A DNA stretch of 64,000 bases from Phyllobates terribilis. Taxonomy: Eukaryota. Shown here in pieces: positions 1 to 14,597 of this stretch. The stretch is taken from the NCBI RefSeq assembly GCF_046119375.1, contig NW_027362764.1, forward strand, positions 422,964,001-423,028,000, given 5' to 3'. Each line of letters begins with the position of its first letter. Position 1 is the stretch's first letter. The notes beneath the pieces are model-generated. The model worked only from the letters and a program-made list of their open reading frames with translations. It was not told the DNA's origin and ran no database searches. A program made the position numbers and the translations under genes.

Positions 1-744
1 TTAATGACCAGACAATTTTTCAGTTTTCCGCTTTCATTTATTTTTTTCCCCTTGTTCCAAGAGCCATAACTTTTTTTTTGGGCTTGTTTTTTTGCAGTAC
101 AAGTTTTAATTTTGAATGGTGCCAATAAATTTACCGTACAATGTAATGGAAGATGGGAAAATTCCAAATGCAGTGAAATTGTGACGAGAGAACCCAATAA
201 AAATTCAACTTGTTTTAGAGGATGGGAAGGGGGTTTATGGGGTTCATTATATGATTTAAAAATGACCTGGCAGCATGATTTTCCAGATCAGTATGACAAT
301 TCCAATTTTTCCATTTTTCTTTTTTATTATTTTATTGGTGAAAAAAAATAATAATGAAGAAATAAATGAAAATGTTGTTTGTGTCACCATATTCTGAGAG
401 ACTTGCTGAGCCTAAATCACTTCTCTCATTGTTGTATTGAGAGAAGTGGTTTAGACTCTATTTGACACGTCACCCCCCACTTGCACTGGGAATCGTCAGT
501 GTCCGCATTGCCCACATTCAGGAATTGTCTAGAGCTCAGAAAACTTCTTTAAGAATCCCTCACTAATTTTCTTAAAAAGGTTATCTCGTCATTATAAATG
601 GGTACATATGCAAAGTGCTTATAAAAACAAGCAATTTACCTTTTATTAAAAATCTTTTAATTTTGTTGTATACTGCTTGTCACCTAGGTTACTGGCCACC
701 TCTGCAGTATATCAGTGCCTGATAGTGCTGCTCATAAGCTGGGT

Positions 745-1039
745 GTGTAGCATGTGCTTGCGGCATCAGAAAGCGCACAGTTTGGGCCAGTGGCGCAGTC
801 ATGGTGCTGGTCTGTACTGTCATATGGAGCGCACCGCACCCGTATGTAGCATGTGCTCGCGGCATCAGAGAGCGCACAGTTTGGGCCAGTGGCGCAGTCA
901 TGGTGCTGGTCTGTACTGTCATATGGAGCGCACCGCACCCGTATGTAGCATGTGCTCGCGGCATCAGAGAGCGCACAGTTTGGGCCAGTGGCGCAGTCAT
1001 GGTGCTTGTCTGTACTGTCATATGGAGCGCACCGCACCC
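745..1039. repeat. 99-bp tandem repeat, three copies
   Basis: tagcatgtgc recurs at 748, 847 and 946; this explains the 33-aa periodic ORFs in several frames. Confidence 0.9.
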
Positions 1040-1225
1040 TAAGCACACAGGAAGCCGCTTACCAGTGGAGCAGTGCGCTTCTAAAGACCTATCAAGAGAA
1101 TAACCTTATAAGATACTGAACCTTTCCTACAAGATAGTGTGATCAAATTCCCAAATCTCCTTCCTGCGACCTGTCTAGTAGCTGTATTCTGTTTTTTGTG
1201 TCCAGTAGTCACCTAATTCTTCTAG

Positions 1226-1450
<225 letters not shown>

Positions 1451-1677
1451 TAACACTTAGCCCCCGATTCATCAAGACTGGCATATTCTTAGCAGATATT
1501 GATGAAAATCTTGCTGGAGTAAGATGCTCAAAATTTATTAGGAGTCGCGCACCTGTTTATGAATTTGGCTCATGTTTTAGGTGTCATGTGCCAACTAAAA
1601 CATGCTATGCATACATATTGGGTTTGAATAGATTTTAGAGATTTTTTGAGTTTGACAATGTGTATGGGAAAATTATA

Positions 1678-3260
1678 CACTGCTCAAAAAAATAAAGGGA
1701 ACACTCAAATACCACATCCTAGATCTGAATGAATGAAATATTCTCATTGAATACTTTGTTCTGTGCAAAGTTGAATGTGCTGACAACAAAATCACACAAA
1801 AATCATCAATGGAAATCAAATTTATTAACCAATGGAGGCCAGGATTTGGAGTCACCCCCAAAATTAAAGTGGAAAAACACACTACAGGCTGATCCAACTT
1901 TGATGTAACGTCCTTAAAACAAGTCAAAATGAGGCTCAGTATTGTGTGTGGCCTCCACGTGCCTGTATGACCTCCCTACAACGCCTGGACATGCTCCTGA
2001 TGAGGTTGCGGATGGTCTCCTGTGGGATCTCCTCCCAGACCTGGACTAAAGCATCCGCCAACTCCTGGACAGTCTGTGGTGCAACGTGACGTTGGTGGAT
2101 GGAGCGAGACATGATGTCCCAGATGTGCTCAATCGGATTCAGGTCTGGGGAACGGGCGGGCCAGTCCATAGCTTCAATGCCTTCATCTTGCAGGAACTGC
2201 TGACACACTCCATCCACATGAGGTCTGGCATTGTCCTGCATTAGGAGGAACCCAGGGCCACCCGCACCAGCATATGGTCTCACAAGGGGTCTGAGGATCT
2301 CATCTCGGTATCTAATGGCAGTCAGGCTACCTCTGGCGAGCACATGGAGGGCTGTGCGGCCCTCCAAAGAAATGCCACCCCACACCATTACTGACCCACT
2401 GCCAAACCGGTCATGCTGAAGGATGTTGCAGGCATCAGATCGCTCTCCACAGTGTCTCCAGACTCTGTCATGTCTGTCACATGTGCTCAGTGTGAACCTG
2501 CTTTCATCTGTGAAAAAGCACAGGGCACCAGTGGGAATTTTGCCAATCCCGGTGTTCTGTGGAAAATGCCAAGCGTCGTGCACGGTGTTGGGCTGTAAGC
2601 ACAACCCCCATCTGTGGACGTCGGGCCCTCATACCACCATCATGGAGTCGGTTTCTAACCGTTTGTGCAGACACATGCACATTTGTGGCCTGCTGGAGGT
2701 CATTTTGCCGGCCTCTGGCAGTGCTCCTCCTGTTCTTCCTTGCACAAAGGTGGAGGTAGCGGTCCTGCTGCTGGGTTGTTGCCCTCCTACGTCCCCCTCC
2801 ACGTCTCCTGGTGTACTGGCCTGTCTCCTGGTAGCTCCTCCAGCCTCTGGACACTACGCTGACAGACACAGCAAACCTTCTTGTCACAGCTGGCATTGAT
2901 GTGCCATCCTGGATGAGCTGCACTACCTGAGCAACTTCTGTGGGTTGAAGAGTCTGTCTCATGCTACCACAAGTGTGAAAGCATAACCAACATTCAAAAG
3001 TGACCAAAACATCAGCCAGAAAGCATTGGTACTGAGATGTGGTCTGTGGTCCCCACCTGCAGAACCACTCCTTTATTGAGTATGTCTTGATAATTGCCAA
3101 TAATTTCCATCTATTGTCTATTCCATTTGCACAACCGCATGTGAAATTGATTATCAATCAGTGTTGCTTCCTAAGTGGACAGTTTGATTTCACAGAAGTT
3201 TGATTCACTTGGAGTTATATTCTGTTGTTTAAGTGTTCCCTTTATTTTTTTTGCGCAGTG
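1678..3260 (-). mobile_element. Tc1-like DNA transposon (DD34E), frameshifted transposase
   Basis: TA on both sides; TIRs cactgctcaaaaaaataaagggaacac; ORFs contain FTDESRF, QDNARPH and SPDLNPIE with 34 residues between D and E. Confidence 0.95.
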
Positions 3261-3455
3261 TATATCTTTGTACCATGTTAGCCAGTAGATAGAAAAATAT
3301 TTAGATTTGAGAGTCCTCAGTGGTGGATCAGGTGTATGATGATGTGGTTGTCAACTACAGTCCAATCACTCCAGTAATCCTGTGTGTCAGAACACAGCCT
3401 TATTATACAGTGTTAGGCGCTGCATGATTGAAAACTTTCATTACTTTGTTTTTGT

Positions 3456-3646
3456 TTAAAGGGGTATTCCCACCTCCAAGTTCCTATCCCAATATGTAGT
3501 AGGCGTAATAATAATAATATTATCAAATATCTCCGATTAGAAATGTAGTATAGTTTTTCTGATTCGCTATGTCTCTTTCCTCATGTGCAGGCATTGCAGG
3601 ACCTGCATATTGGCATAGGATCTTGGAGATGGGAACACCCCTTTAA
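3456..3646. mobile_element. TTAA-flanked MITE (Kolobok/T2-like)
   Basis: TTAA-AGGGGTATTCCCA ... TGGGAACACCCCT-TTAA. Confidence 0.75.
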
Positions 3647-4069
3647 GGGCTCATTCAGACAAGCGTATTAAACGTCCATGTGCTGCGTGTTTGCAAAATG
3701 GGTAGAATTCCGACAGCACACTGACCCGTGCAAGGCTATGTGGTATTTCACATGAACGTTTTTACACACGGACCCATGATCTGCATGTATAAATGACAGC
3801 ATGCACTATTTTGATATGTATTTTGTATCAGTCTTGCCTATTTCAAGTCAATGCGTGAGCAAACAATGGATCACAAATTGATTACCATCCGTATGTCATG
3901 TGTTTTTCATGAATCTATTACATTTGTTAACATCAGGAACTGTATTTGCCTATTATTTATGAAATTATTCATGTAAAAACTGGACACTATGTGCGTATAC
4001 AAAACAGATATACGGATGGCACATGTACATAAAAAACACGGATGACAATACAAATGAACATGCCAATAG

Positions 4070-4240
<171 letters not shown>

Positions 4241-4351
4241 TGAGCTCATCTGTGATGTTATAGCCCGAGATAGACATATACTTTTGAGTTCATGTCTGTC
4301 GTAGCACAGGTGAACACATGTAGTATTTTCTTTGACAGTAGAGAACAAATA

Positions 4352-5958
<1,607 letters not shown>

Positions 5959-6775
5959 AATTGTTATTTTAAGCTTTTTTAATATATCATTGCACAGTTG
6001 ACTATACTTTAGTAAGTTGATATCGTATGTTATAGTACAGATGAGAATTCTTTATTGAGGTAATCTCAGATGTCATATTGCAGGCAGGAATGTTCTATTG
6101 TATAAATTCCTTATGCCATAGTAGCACAAAGAGTAACTGACAGAGACTTCTAAATCTTGTATGTGTATAGATGAGGAATAATAGTATGTCAGAGAATTAT
6201 ATGACTTATATCTTGCAAACATTAGCAGTTTTGACCTTAATATGCTCCACATCTAATTGTTTGATATCTTTGAATTTGGATCCAGAATGGGAAGATAGAT
6301 CCTACTCACCTGTCTTTTTAGGACACATTCAGAACCAGCGGTACAGAGGAGGACATTGTACCTCAGTATGAGCAGTGTAACTGTGAATCCAACACTAGGT
6401 TCAGGTTAACACTCAAAAGCAGTAGTAGAATCTGGCTCTCTGCTTTTTTTGTCTCCAAAAGAAGATGCTTGCAGTACAGGCAATAAGATAAGTTAGATAT
6501 GATGCTGGTTATACATACTCTAATTTTTCAAGATAGTTTCAGTATTCGTCCCCAGAAGGGTGGATCAAAATGCAGATCCGACATATACTGTATGATATAC
6601 AGTGCTTTGTCTTGATCACAGGCGGCATGCATGTTTCAAGTACCTTGGGTTAGAACTAGTGCATGATCCTAGTAAAGTAGTTCTGTGTGAGAGTGAAACA
6701 AATGTAAGGTCTGTTCATATTCACCACTTAAGGCCTCTTCTACCAAGTCCTGTTACTCAACGTCTTCTTTGCCAA

Positions 6776-6904
6776 NNNNNNNNNNNNNNNNNNNNNNNNN
6801 NNNNNNNNNNNNNNNNNNNNNNNNNNNNNNNNNNNNNNNNNNNNNNNNNNNNNNNNNNNNNNNNNNNNNNNNNNNNNNNNNNNNNNNNNNNNNNNNNNNN
6901 NNNN
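6776..6904. other. Assembly gap (129 N)
   Basis: Run of n characters. Confidence 1.
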
Positions 6905-9136
6905 TAGAAGAGGCGTTAAGTGGTGAATATGAATAGAACTTACATTTGTTTTACTCCTTAGTATATACTATGATATAATGTGAAAGGTAGATATTTACTT
7001 TAGCCATGTAGACAATGGGAACTATTTTCTGGATTTAAGTTTTCCTGCACTGTTGGACCATGACTGGAAAGTCTGATGTGGTTAATGATTGTGTCTACAT
7101 GAAAACTAGTTTCTCCGTAAGTGATAGATTATTCCTTGTACTAACTTCTCCCACACATTTCATAGCGTGCTCAGGAGGTCCAAAACCGTTTATTGTGCTA
7201 CTATTACTCCGGCCAAAGTACAAATGTGCAGGGAAAATTACATGGATGACTTGTGAATGAATCAGATCCCTTGAAAAGTCTCTATGAATAGAAGTGCATC
7301 AGCCATAAAAGATAAGATTTTATTGATTTCTTGATTAAAGGTCTGATTATATTGACATGACATTTACATTAACATCCCTCATTAGATTCAATCTAAAATA
7401 AAAAATACTGACACTTTACAAATAGATAAAGGGAATCTGTCAACTGAATTTCACCCCCAAACTATATGTGCATTTCAAAGATAAGTCAAGCAATACCTTT
7501 ATATGGCCGGTCTGTTCCTTCATTACTGAGAAATCAGTGTGTGAATTGGCAAATGAGGCTGTAGATCTGAAGCCTCTGTCACTCCAGCTCTATTCTCTGA
7601 CCAGTGCTGCCAAGTCCTGCTTGACTGACAGCCTCTGGTGTGCACCTTCAGGCAAAGGAGCTGTCTGTCAAGCAGGAAGAGACATAGTGTAACGCACTGA
7701 TACATTGTTGCAAGCTCACTAAACAGAAGAGAAATTTGTGTTGCTGATGTATTTGACTTTAAGAAAATTTGATACTATTGTAGCAAACTCAGCTGAGAGT
7801 ATGATTACGTCTGAAATAGTTTTTAGGCTCTTCTACTGTCAAAAAGCAGAGCTCTTGAAAGTGTCTAAACAATAAGAAAACCGCTTGTTATATTACTTTA
7901 CACTTTGTTTACCCCCTTTAAGACAGGTCTGCACGGTCACAAAATGATTTTTGTTCTAGCTTTACACACATAGGGAAAAAACCTGTTTTCATGGAAGCTT
8001 ACGTGTGACATTAGGATACATTACAATATTGATTATTATTTTATATATCGATCACCATCTTTACTGTTGAGTATTCCTAGGGTGTCAATGACTGTACCCG
8101 GCCGGGTATGTGGATATTTTTTTTGAGCCACAATGCCTTATTGTTGAGCTTCTGCCCCTTTAGAATCGGGTTTACGTAAAGAAGCAAATGCCTCTAAATA
8201 TGTAATGTGGTGTGTTAGTAGACATTTTCTGGCAAAGAAATGTTATTGGAAATGTAAAATGTATCCCTGGGTGAGGTGGTGATAGAAATACAGAGCTGTC
8301 ATATCGTGGAAGCTTTTTACAGCCACAAACTGATATTTTCTTGAACACTTTGCAGTTCCAGGCGCCCAACAACTGGCACATTTCCTGCTCCTATTTCTCA
8401 CATCTCTCCAGGCTAGAGATGCCATATCGGGAATTACAGCTGTGCTCCTTCCCCCTCTGAAAAGAACACTGAGTGTTTTTACAGATTGCAGCCTCTATAT
8501 AGCTGCTATATATTTTCTGCACAGTTTGGGTCTGATTCATTGAGCCATTAAAGGGAAAGTATCCACTCACAGAACAGAAATACAGTTTTCTGAAAATACC
8601 AGTTTTTCTCAATAACAATGGACCACTTTAGGTGGAGTTTCAGCATATTGGATCTTCTTTTTCACTCCTGTGCTGAAATCTTAAATTACCAGTTATAGTG
8701 CATTTATACTTCGCAGTTATTTGGAAGTGAATGTTCATCGGATTGCTTGTTTTCCAATAACCAGGCAGTGCAAACATGCTTCCAATCACCCAACAGCAAA
8801 TTGCTCATTCGTCGGGTGAAATGATTTTTTTTAAGCTGGCTTAAAGGGGTTATCTTTAAATTCATAAATGAGTAAAAACATGCAACTTTACAATCTGCCC
8901 TTAATTAAAAATCCTCTCTCTTATCAGGAATGGAGGGATTTTGTTATTTCATAATGTACAGCTCATTTCCGAGGTTATTGGCCACCCTACAGTCCTAGTA
9001 TAGCTGGTTACCTAGGCAAAGAGCAAGCAAACAAGCAGGCTGTATACTTTACAGTCTATTTATGCTACTCTGAAGATGGCCAGATTACTGGATCCAGCCA
9101 GCCTCAGATCCCGGGCGCTTCTTCTATGCTGCAGAG

Positions 9137-9719
9137 TGTGAGGCAGTGACCGGGATCATATACGAGGGATGTTATATATCCCCCAGAATGTGTACAGAGA
9201 CGTATTAAATCCATTGGAGTGCATTGCAGTCACAAACTCACCTGCGGCTGCAATGCAGGAATGAAGGTGAGCATTGACCTGGTCAGGCTATCTGGCTAAG
9301 GCAGATTAGTAAAACCCGGCAGGACCTTCATTTCTTGGAAGAGGCTACAGGAAGGCAGTGGGGCGGCCTCCTCCCTCCAACCCGGGTTTTCCAGTGGCTC
9401 TTGCCATAGGTCTTTTAAAAACCCTGCACTAAAAATTAGTGTTGTTCATTGTTGGGACCTGCTAGAAGTATAGCAGGAAAGTTTGGCGGGCCTGTGAGTA
9501 GCTGAACCCACGCCTGGGAAGGCTCTGCACCCGTAAGGCTCTGAGTGGCACAGCGCAGCCGTTGCCCACGGCAACCATTGTTTAAGGACTCATGTTATCC
9601 CGGCTGCGAACCGAAGGACTTTTCTGTTTACCCGTGAGTTGCTGAATAAAGCAGTTTATATTGGACTTGCTTGGGTCACTGCCTCAGTTACTGCACTGTG
9701 TGAACACTGCCGCCTTACA
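9137..9719 (+). repeat. 5' LTR (583 bp)
   Basis: tgtgagg...ccttaca; AATAAA at 9645-9650; about 40 differences from the 3' LTR by manual count. Confidence 0.95.
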
Positions 9720-9722
9720 ACT

Positions 9723-9732
9723 TGGTGGAGAA
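9723..9732 (+). promoter_or_regulatory. Primer-binding site, partial match to a tRNA-Ala 3' end
   Basis: TGGTGGAGAA starts 3 nt after the 5' LTR; it diverges from the recalled tRNA-Ala complement after 10 nt. Confidence 0.65.
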
Positions 9733-12700
9733 AGCTTGTATTGTGACTGAGGCATACCCCACCGGCAGCTGCATGACTACAATCCGGTCTGCCACCTTTC
9801 AGCCCCACCCCGTGGACAAAATGGAGGCGCTGTTAAAGCAGCTGGTACTTACCCGGCAGCAGCAGCTGAAGTCTCAGCGGCAACAGCAGGAGCAGCACCA
9901 GAGTCTCCAACGGTAACTGCAGGAGCAGCAGTACAATCAGCAGCAGCTGCAGTGTCAGCGGCAACAGCAGGAGCGGGAGCCGCAGCACAATCAGCAGCAG
10001 CAGTTACTTGTACCAGCAGCAGCAAAAAACAAATGAACTTTTTGCTGCAACAGATTTCTGCCCTGCGGGAAACGGCCACAACACCGATTCCGGAACGTCG
10101 AGAGGCCCGGGACAAGGTTCGCTCAGCGTTGAGGAAGATAGGACCGGAGGACGACGTGGAAGCCTTCCTGACCGTCTACGAACGCACAGCAGAGCGGGAA
10201 AACCTACCAGCCGGCCAGTGGGTGGAAGTGGTGGCTCCGTTTTTGGTCAGCGATGCCCAGAAGGCCTATTTCAACCTCAGTCGGAAGGACGCCCAGGACT
10301 ACAAGAGGCTCAAAGGTGAGATCCTTGCCCGGCTGGGGGTCAATACGTATGTGAGGGCTCAGCGCGTGTTTTCATGGGGCTTTGTGGAGACCCGACCCAC
10401 CCGGTCTCAGGCTTATGATCTTTTGTAGCTGGTAAAGAGGTGGCTCCAGCCTGAGTCTTTGACTCCAGCCCAGATGGTGGAGAGGGTGGTGGTCGACTGG
10501 CTGGTGAGGACTCTGCCGGCCGCTATCCAATGTTGGTGGGGACAAGGGGACCCAGGCACCCTCGACCAGGACTTTATCCGGGACTCTGCCCCCTCGCGCC
10601 TGTCACGCTGATCCCTGCCAACCCATGAACCGGGAGAGTAGCAGGAGACCGTTTCCCTCCCAAACGGTCATAAGACCTAACAGTACCTCCACCATTAGGT
10701 GCTGGCGGTGTCAGGGGCCTGGACATGTGGTTGCTAACTGCCCCCTGACTACGGAGCCATTGGACTGTGGGTATAATCGCCGGGTTACAGTGTACGCCCA
10801 GACCGTCTGCACTGCGAGTGCCGACCCCTCGGACAGTGAACACCAGGTACTGGTTAATGGGTACCCCACGGAGGCCCTCCTAGACTCAGGAAACCTAGTG
10901 ACTTTGGTGCATGGGTCGCTGGTGGCAGGAGACAACCCCAGTGGACGGACAGTTGGGGTTGTGTGTATCCATGGGGACCTCCGAGAGTACCTAACCACGG
11001 AGTTAGTTTTGTCTACGCCATGTGGTGACATAAAACATGTGATGGGGGTGTTGTGGACTCTGTGGAAAAACAAAATCCACTCTCCCCCAGTAAAATTTAT
11101 TACAGGTGCTGTACCCGACGAACCAGTGTCGGAGATACCTGCCGTAGGGGTGTCCAACCTAGGGACAGAGTGTGACCCCGATAGGTCTCCCCTAGAGGTG
11201 CTGGCAGGAGAGGTCGAGGAGACCCCATCAATCCCCGAGCTGGAAGTGTCCCAAGACATGTTTGGGACAGCTCAGCTACAGGATCCCACCCTGACTCGGC
11301 CGCGGGAAAGGGTGTTAGAAGTAAATGGCGTAGCTCAACAACCCGGTGCAGATACTGTATTTCCACGCATGGTAGTCAACGCTGAGTTGCTCTATAGGGT
11401 AGACAAGATCAGAGACTATGTTGTGGAACAGTTAGTGGTACCTCAGTCGTACCGTCGGGCGGTTCTAGATTTGGCACACACACCTGCTGGGTGGACACTT
11501 AGGGGTTAAAAAGACGCAAGAACGTATCTTGCAGCGGCTCTTTTGGCCGGGGATTTACGCGGAGGTCCAAAAGTACTGCGAATCCTGCCCCGAATGTCAA
11601 CTGACCACACCCACCGCAAGTTTCCGTAGACCATTGGTACCCCTGCCAGTGATAGAGGTACCTTTTGAACAGATTGCAATGGACTTGGTAGGGCCCATTG
11701 TAAAATCCGCTCGTGGCCACCAACATATACTGGTGGTCGTCGACTATGCCACCCGGTACCCGGAGGCTATGCCGCTACGCCACACCTCGGCGAAACTGAT
11801 TGCACGGGAGCTGTTTGCCATGTTCTGTCGTCTTGGACTACCTAAGGAGATCCTGACGGATCAAGGGACCCCTTTTATGTCCAAGGTGACAAGGGAACTG
11901 TGCAAAATGCTAAAAATTAAACAATTGCGCACCTCGGTGTACCACCCTCAAACTGACGGGCTAGTATAACGGTTCAATGAAACCCTCAAGTCTATGTTAA
12001 AAAAAGTGGTTTCTAAGGACGGAAGGGATTGGGACATGTTGCTACCCTATTTGATGTTCGCCGTCCGTAAGGTACCCCAGGCTTCCACAGGGTTCTCTCC
12101 CTTTGAGTTATTGTACGGCAGACACCCCAGGGGTCTGTTGGACGTAGCCAAAGAGACGTGGGAACAAGAGCCGACTCCACATAGGAGTATAATTGAACAC
12201 GTGGCTAGTATGCATGACCGGATTGCGGCGGTCATGCCCATCGTGAAAGAACATCTGTTAGATGCCCAGGCAGTCCAGAGGCGCACATATAATAAAAGAG
12301 CCACTGTCAGGTCTTTTAACAAGGGCGATCGGGTATTCGTACTGGTACCCACAGCCAAGAGTAAGCTCATGGCCAAGTGGCAAGGGCCATATGAGGTTTG
12401 AGAAAAGGTGGGGGAGGTAAATTACCAGGTGTATCAGCCCAGAAGGAGGAAACCTGAGCAGCTTTACCATGTAAACCTGCTAAAACCTTGGAAAGATCGA
12501 GAGTGTTTAGTTACAGACGTCACTTCGGGCATATCGCCAGAGAGTTCTCTACCTTCAGCCAGGGATGCGTCCAGGGGAGAGGTCAGGATAAGTAATGCTT
12601 TCACTAAACAGCAGCGACGGGAGGCTCGCTCATTGGTGCAGCAGAATACCGATGTGTTCTCAGAGCTACCGGATAGGACTACCGTTCTCCAACATGACAT

Positions 12701-13995
12701 TGTCACCGATCCTGGGGTAAGGGTGCGAATGAGACCGTACCGGGTACCTGAAGGCCAGAGGCAAGCCATCACGGCTGAGGTAAATCAAATGCTACAGTTA
12801 GGCGTCATTGAGGAATCACAGAGTGAGTGGGCTAGCCCCATCGTACTGATTCCGAAACCAGACGGATCGTTACGCTTCTGTAACGATTTCCGGAAATTAA
12901 ATGAAGTGTCGAAATTTGACCTATATCCAATGCCCAGGGTGGATGAGCTGATTGAGAGACTGGGGCAGGCCCAGTACTTTACCACGCTCGATCTCACCAA
13001 GGGTTACTGGCAGGTACCTCTCACGGAATCGGCGAAGGAAAAGACCGCTTTCATAACTCCGGAGGGTCTATATCACTATGTGGTCTTACCTTTTGGGTTA
13101 CATGTGGCTCCGGCTACATTCCAGAGGCTGAAGCCCCATCAGGAGTACGCTTCTGCGTATCTAGATCATATTATCATCTTTAGCACCGACTGGCATACGC
13201 ATCTATCTCAGGTACAAGCGGTGCTGGATTCTCTCAGAGCCGCCTGGTTAACGGCAAACCCCAAAAAATGTGCGATAGGGCTGGAGGAAGCCCGATATTT
13301 GGGGTATGTGATTGGCCAAGGAGTTATCAAGCCCCAAATCAATAAAGTTGAGGCCATAAAAAACTGGCCTAAACTGTCAAGTACAAAGCAGGTGAGGGCG
13401 TTCCTTGGCATGCTTGGGTATTATTGCCGGTTTATACCTAATTTTGCTGGGAGAACGGCGGCCCTGACTGATTTCTTGAAAGGAAAAAAATCAGTAATGG
13501 TTTGGTGGAACCCTCAGGCAGAAGAAGCCTTTCAGTCCATGAAGTTGGCCCTGTGTGGACAGCCGGTCCTCATCAGCCTCAACTTCAAGGAAATCTTCAT
13601 TGTACAGACAGGCGCCTCGGAGGAGGGCCTCGGGGCGGTATTGTCACAAAAAGTGAATGGCGAACAGCACCAGGTCACCTACTTGAGTAGAAAACTTATC
13701 CCGGCAGAGAAAAACTATAGCGTGGTAGAGAAGGAGTGTTTTGCTATTAAGTGGGCCTTGGTATCACTATGTTATTATTTACTCAGGCGTCAGTTCCGCT
13801 TGGTGACAGACCATTCACCCTTGGTATGGATGAGGAACGCCAAGGAGAGGAATGCGCGAGTCACCAGGTGATTCCTGTCACTGCAGAATTTCAATTTCTC
13901 TGTAGAACATCGCCCTGGGAAGTCGCAGGCAAACGCGGATGCCCTGTCCCGGGCACCCTGTATGGTGACAGATGTTCAACCCCACAGGTTTGAAC

Positions 13996-14015
13996 AGAGG
14001 GGGGGCGGGGGGATA
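13996..14015 (+). promoter_or_regulatory. Polypurine tract
   Basis: agaggggggcggggggata directly before the 3' LTR. Confidence 0.85.
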
Positions 14016-14597
14016 TGTGAGGCTGTGACCGGGATTATATACGAGGGACGTTATATATCCCCCAGAATGTGTACAGAGACCTATTAAAACCATTGGAGCA
14101 CATTGTAGTCACAAACTCCCCTGCGGCTGCAATGCAGGAATGAAGGTGAGCATTGACCTGGTCAGGCTATCTGGCTAAGGCAGATTAGTAAAACCCGGCA
14201 GGGCCTTCATTTCTTGGAGGAGGCTACAGGAGGCAGTGGGGCGGCCTCCTCCCTCCAACCCGGGTTTTACAGTGGCTCTTGCCACAGGTCTTTTAAAAAC
14301 CCTGCACTAAGGATTAGTGTTGTTCAGTGTTGGGACCTGCTAGAAGCGTAGCAGGAAAGCTTGGTAGGCCTGTGAGTAGCTGAACCCACGCCTGGGAAGG
14401 CTCTGCACCCGTCAGGCTCTGAGCGGCACAGCACGGCCGTTGCCCACGGCAACCGTTGTTTATGGACTTGTGTTAACCCGGCTGCAAACCGGAGGACTTT
14501 TCTGTTTACCCGTGAGTTGCTGAATAAAGCTGTTTATGTTGGACTTGCTTGGGTCACTGCCTCAGTTACTGCACGGTGTGAGCACCGCCGCCTTACA
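14016..14597 (+). repeat. 3' LTR (582 bp)
   Basis: Direct repeat of 9137-9719; AATAAA at 14523-14528. Confidence 0.95.

Larger units (their letters stand above)
9137..14597 (+). mobile_element. Full-length defective Gypsy LTR retrotransposon, Gmr1-type (SCAN-gag, PR-IN-RT-RH order)
   Basis: TG...CA LTRs, AGAG 4-bp TSD (9133-9136 and 14598-14601), PBS and PPT. Domains in order: SCAN-like, CWRCQGPGHVVANC knuckle, LLDSG protease, CESCPEC plus rve integrase, RT (RFCNDFRKLN, YLDH), RNase H. Several stops and frameshifts. Confidence 0.95.

Noticed and set aside
677-1103. Overlapping ORFs of 100-121 aa
   Set aside because: All derive from the 99-bp repeat and are open in many frames on both strands.
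6602-6907. 101-aa ORF
   Set aside because: Open only because it runs into the N gap.
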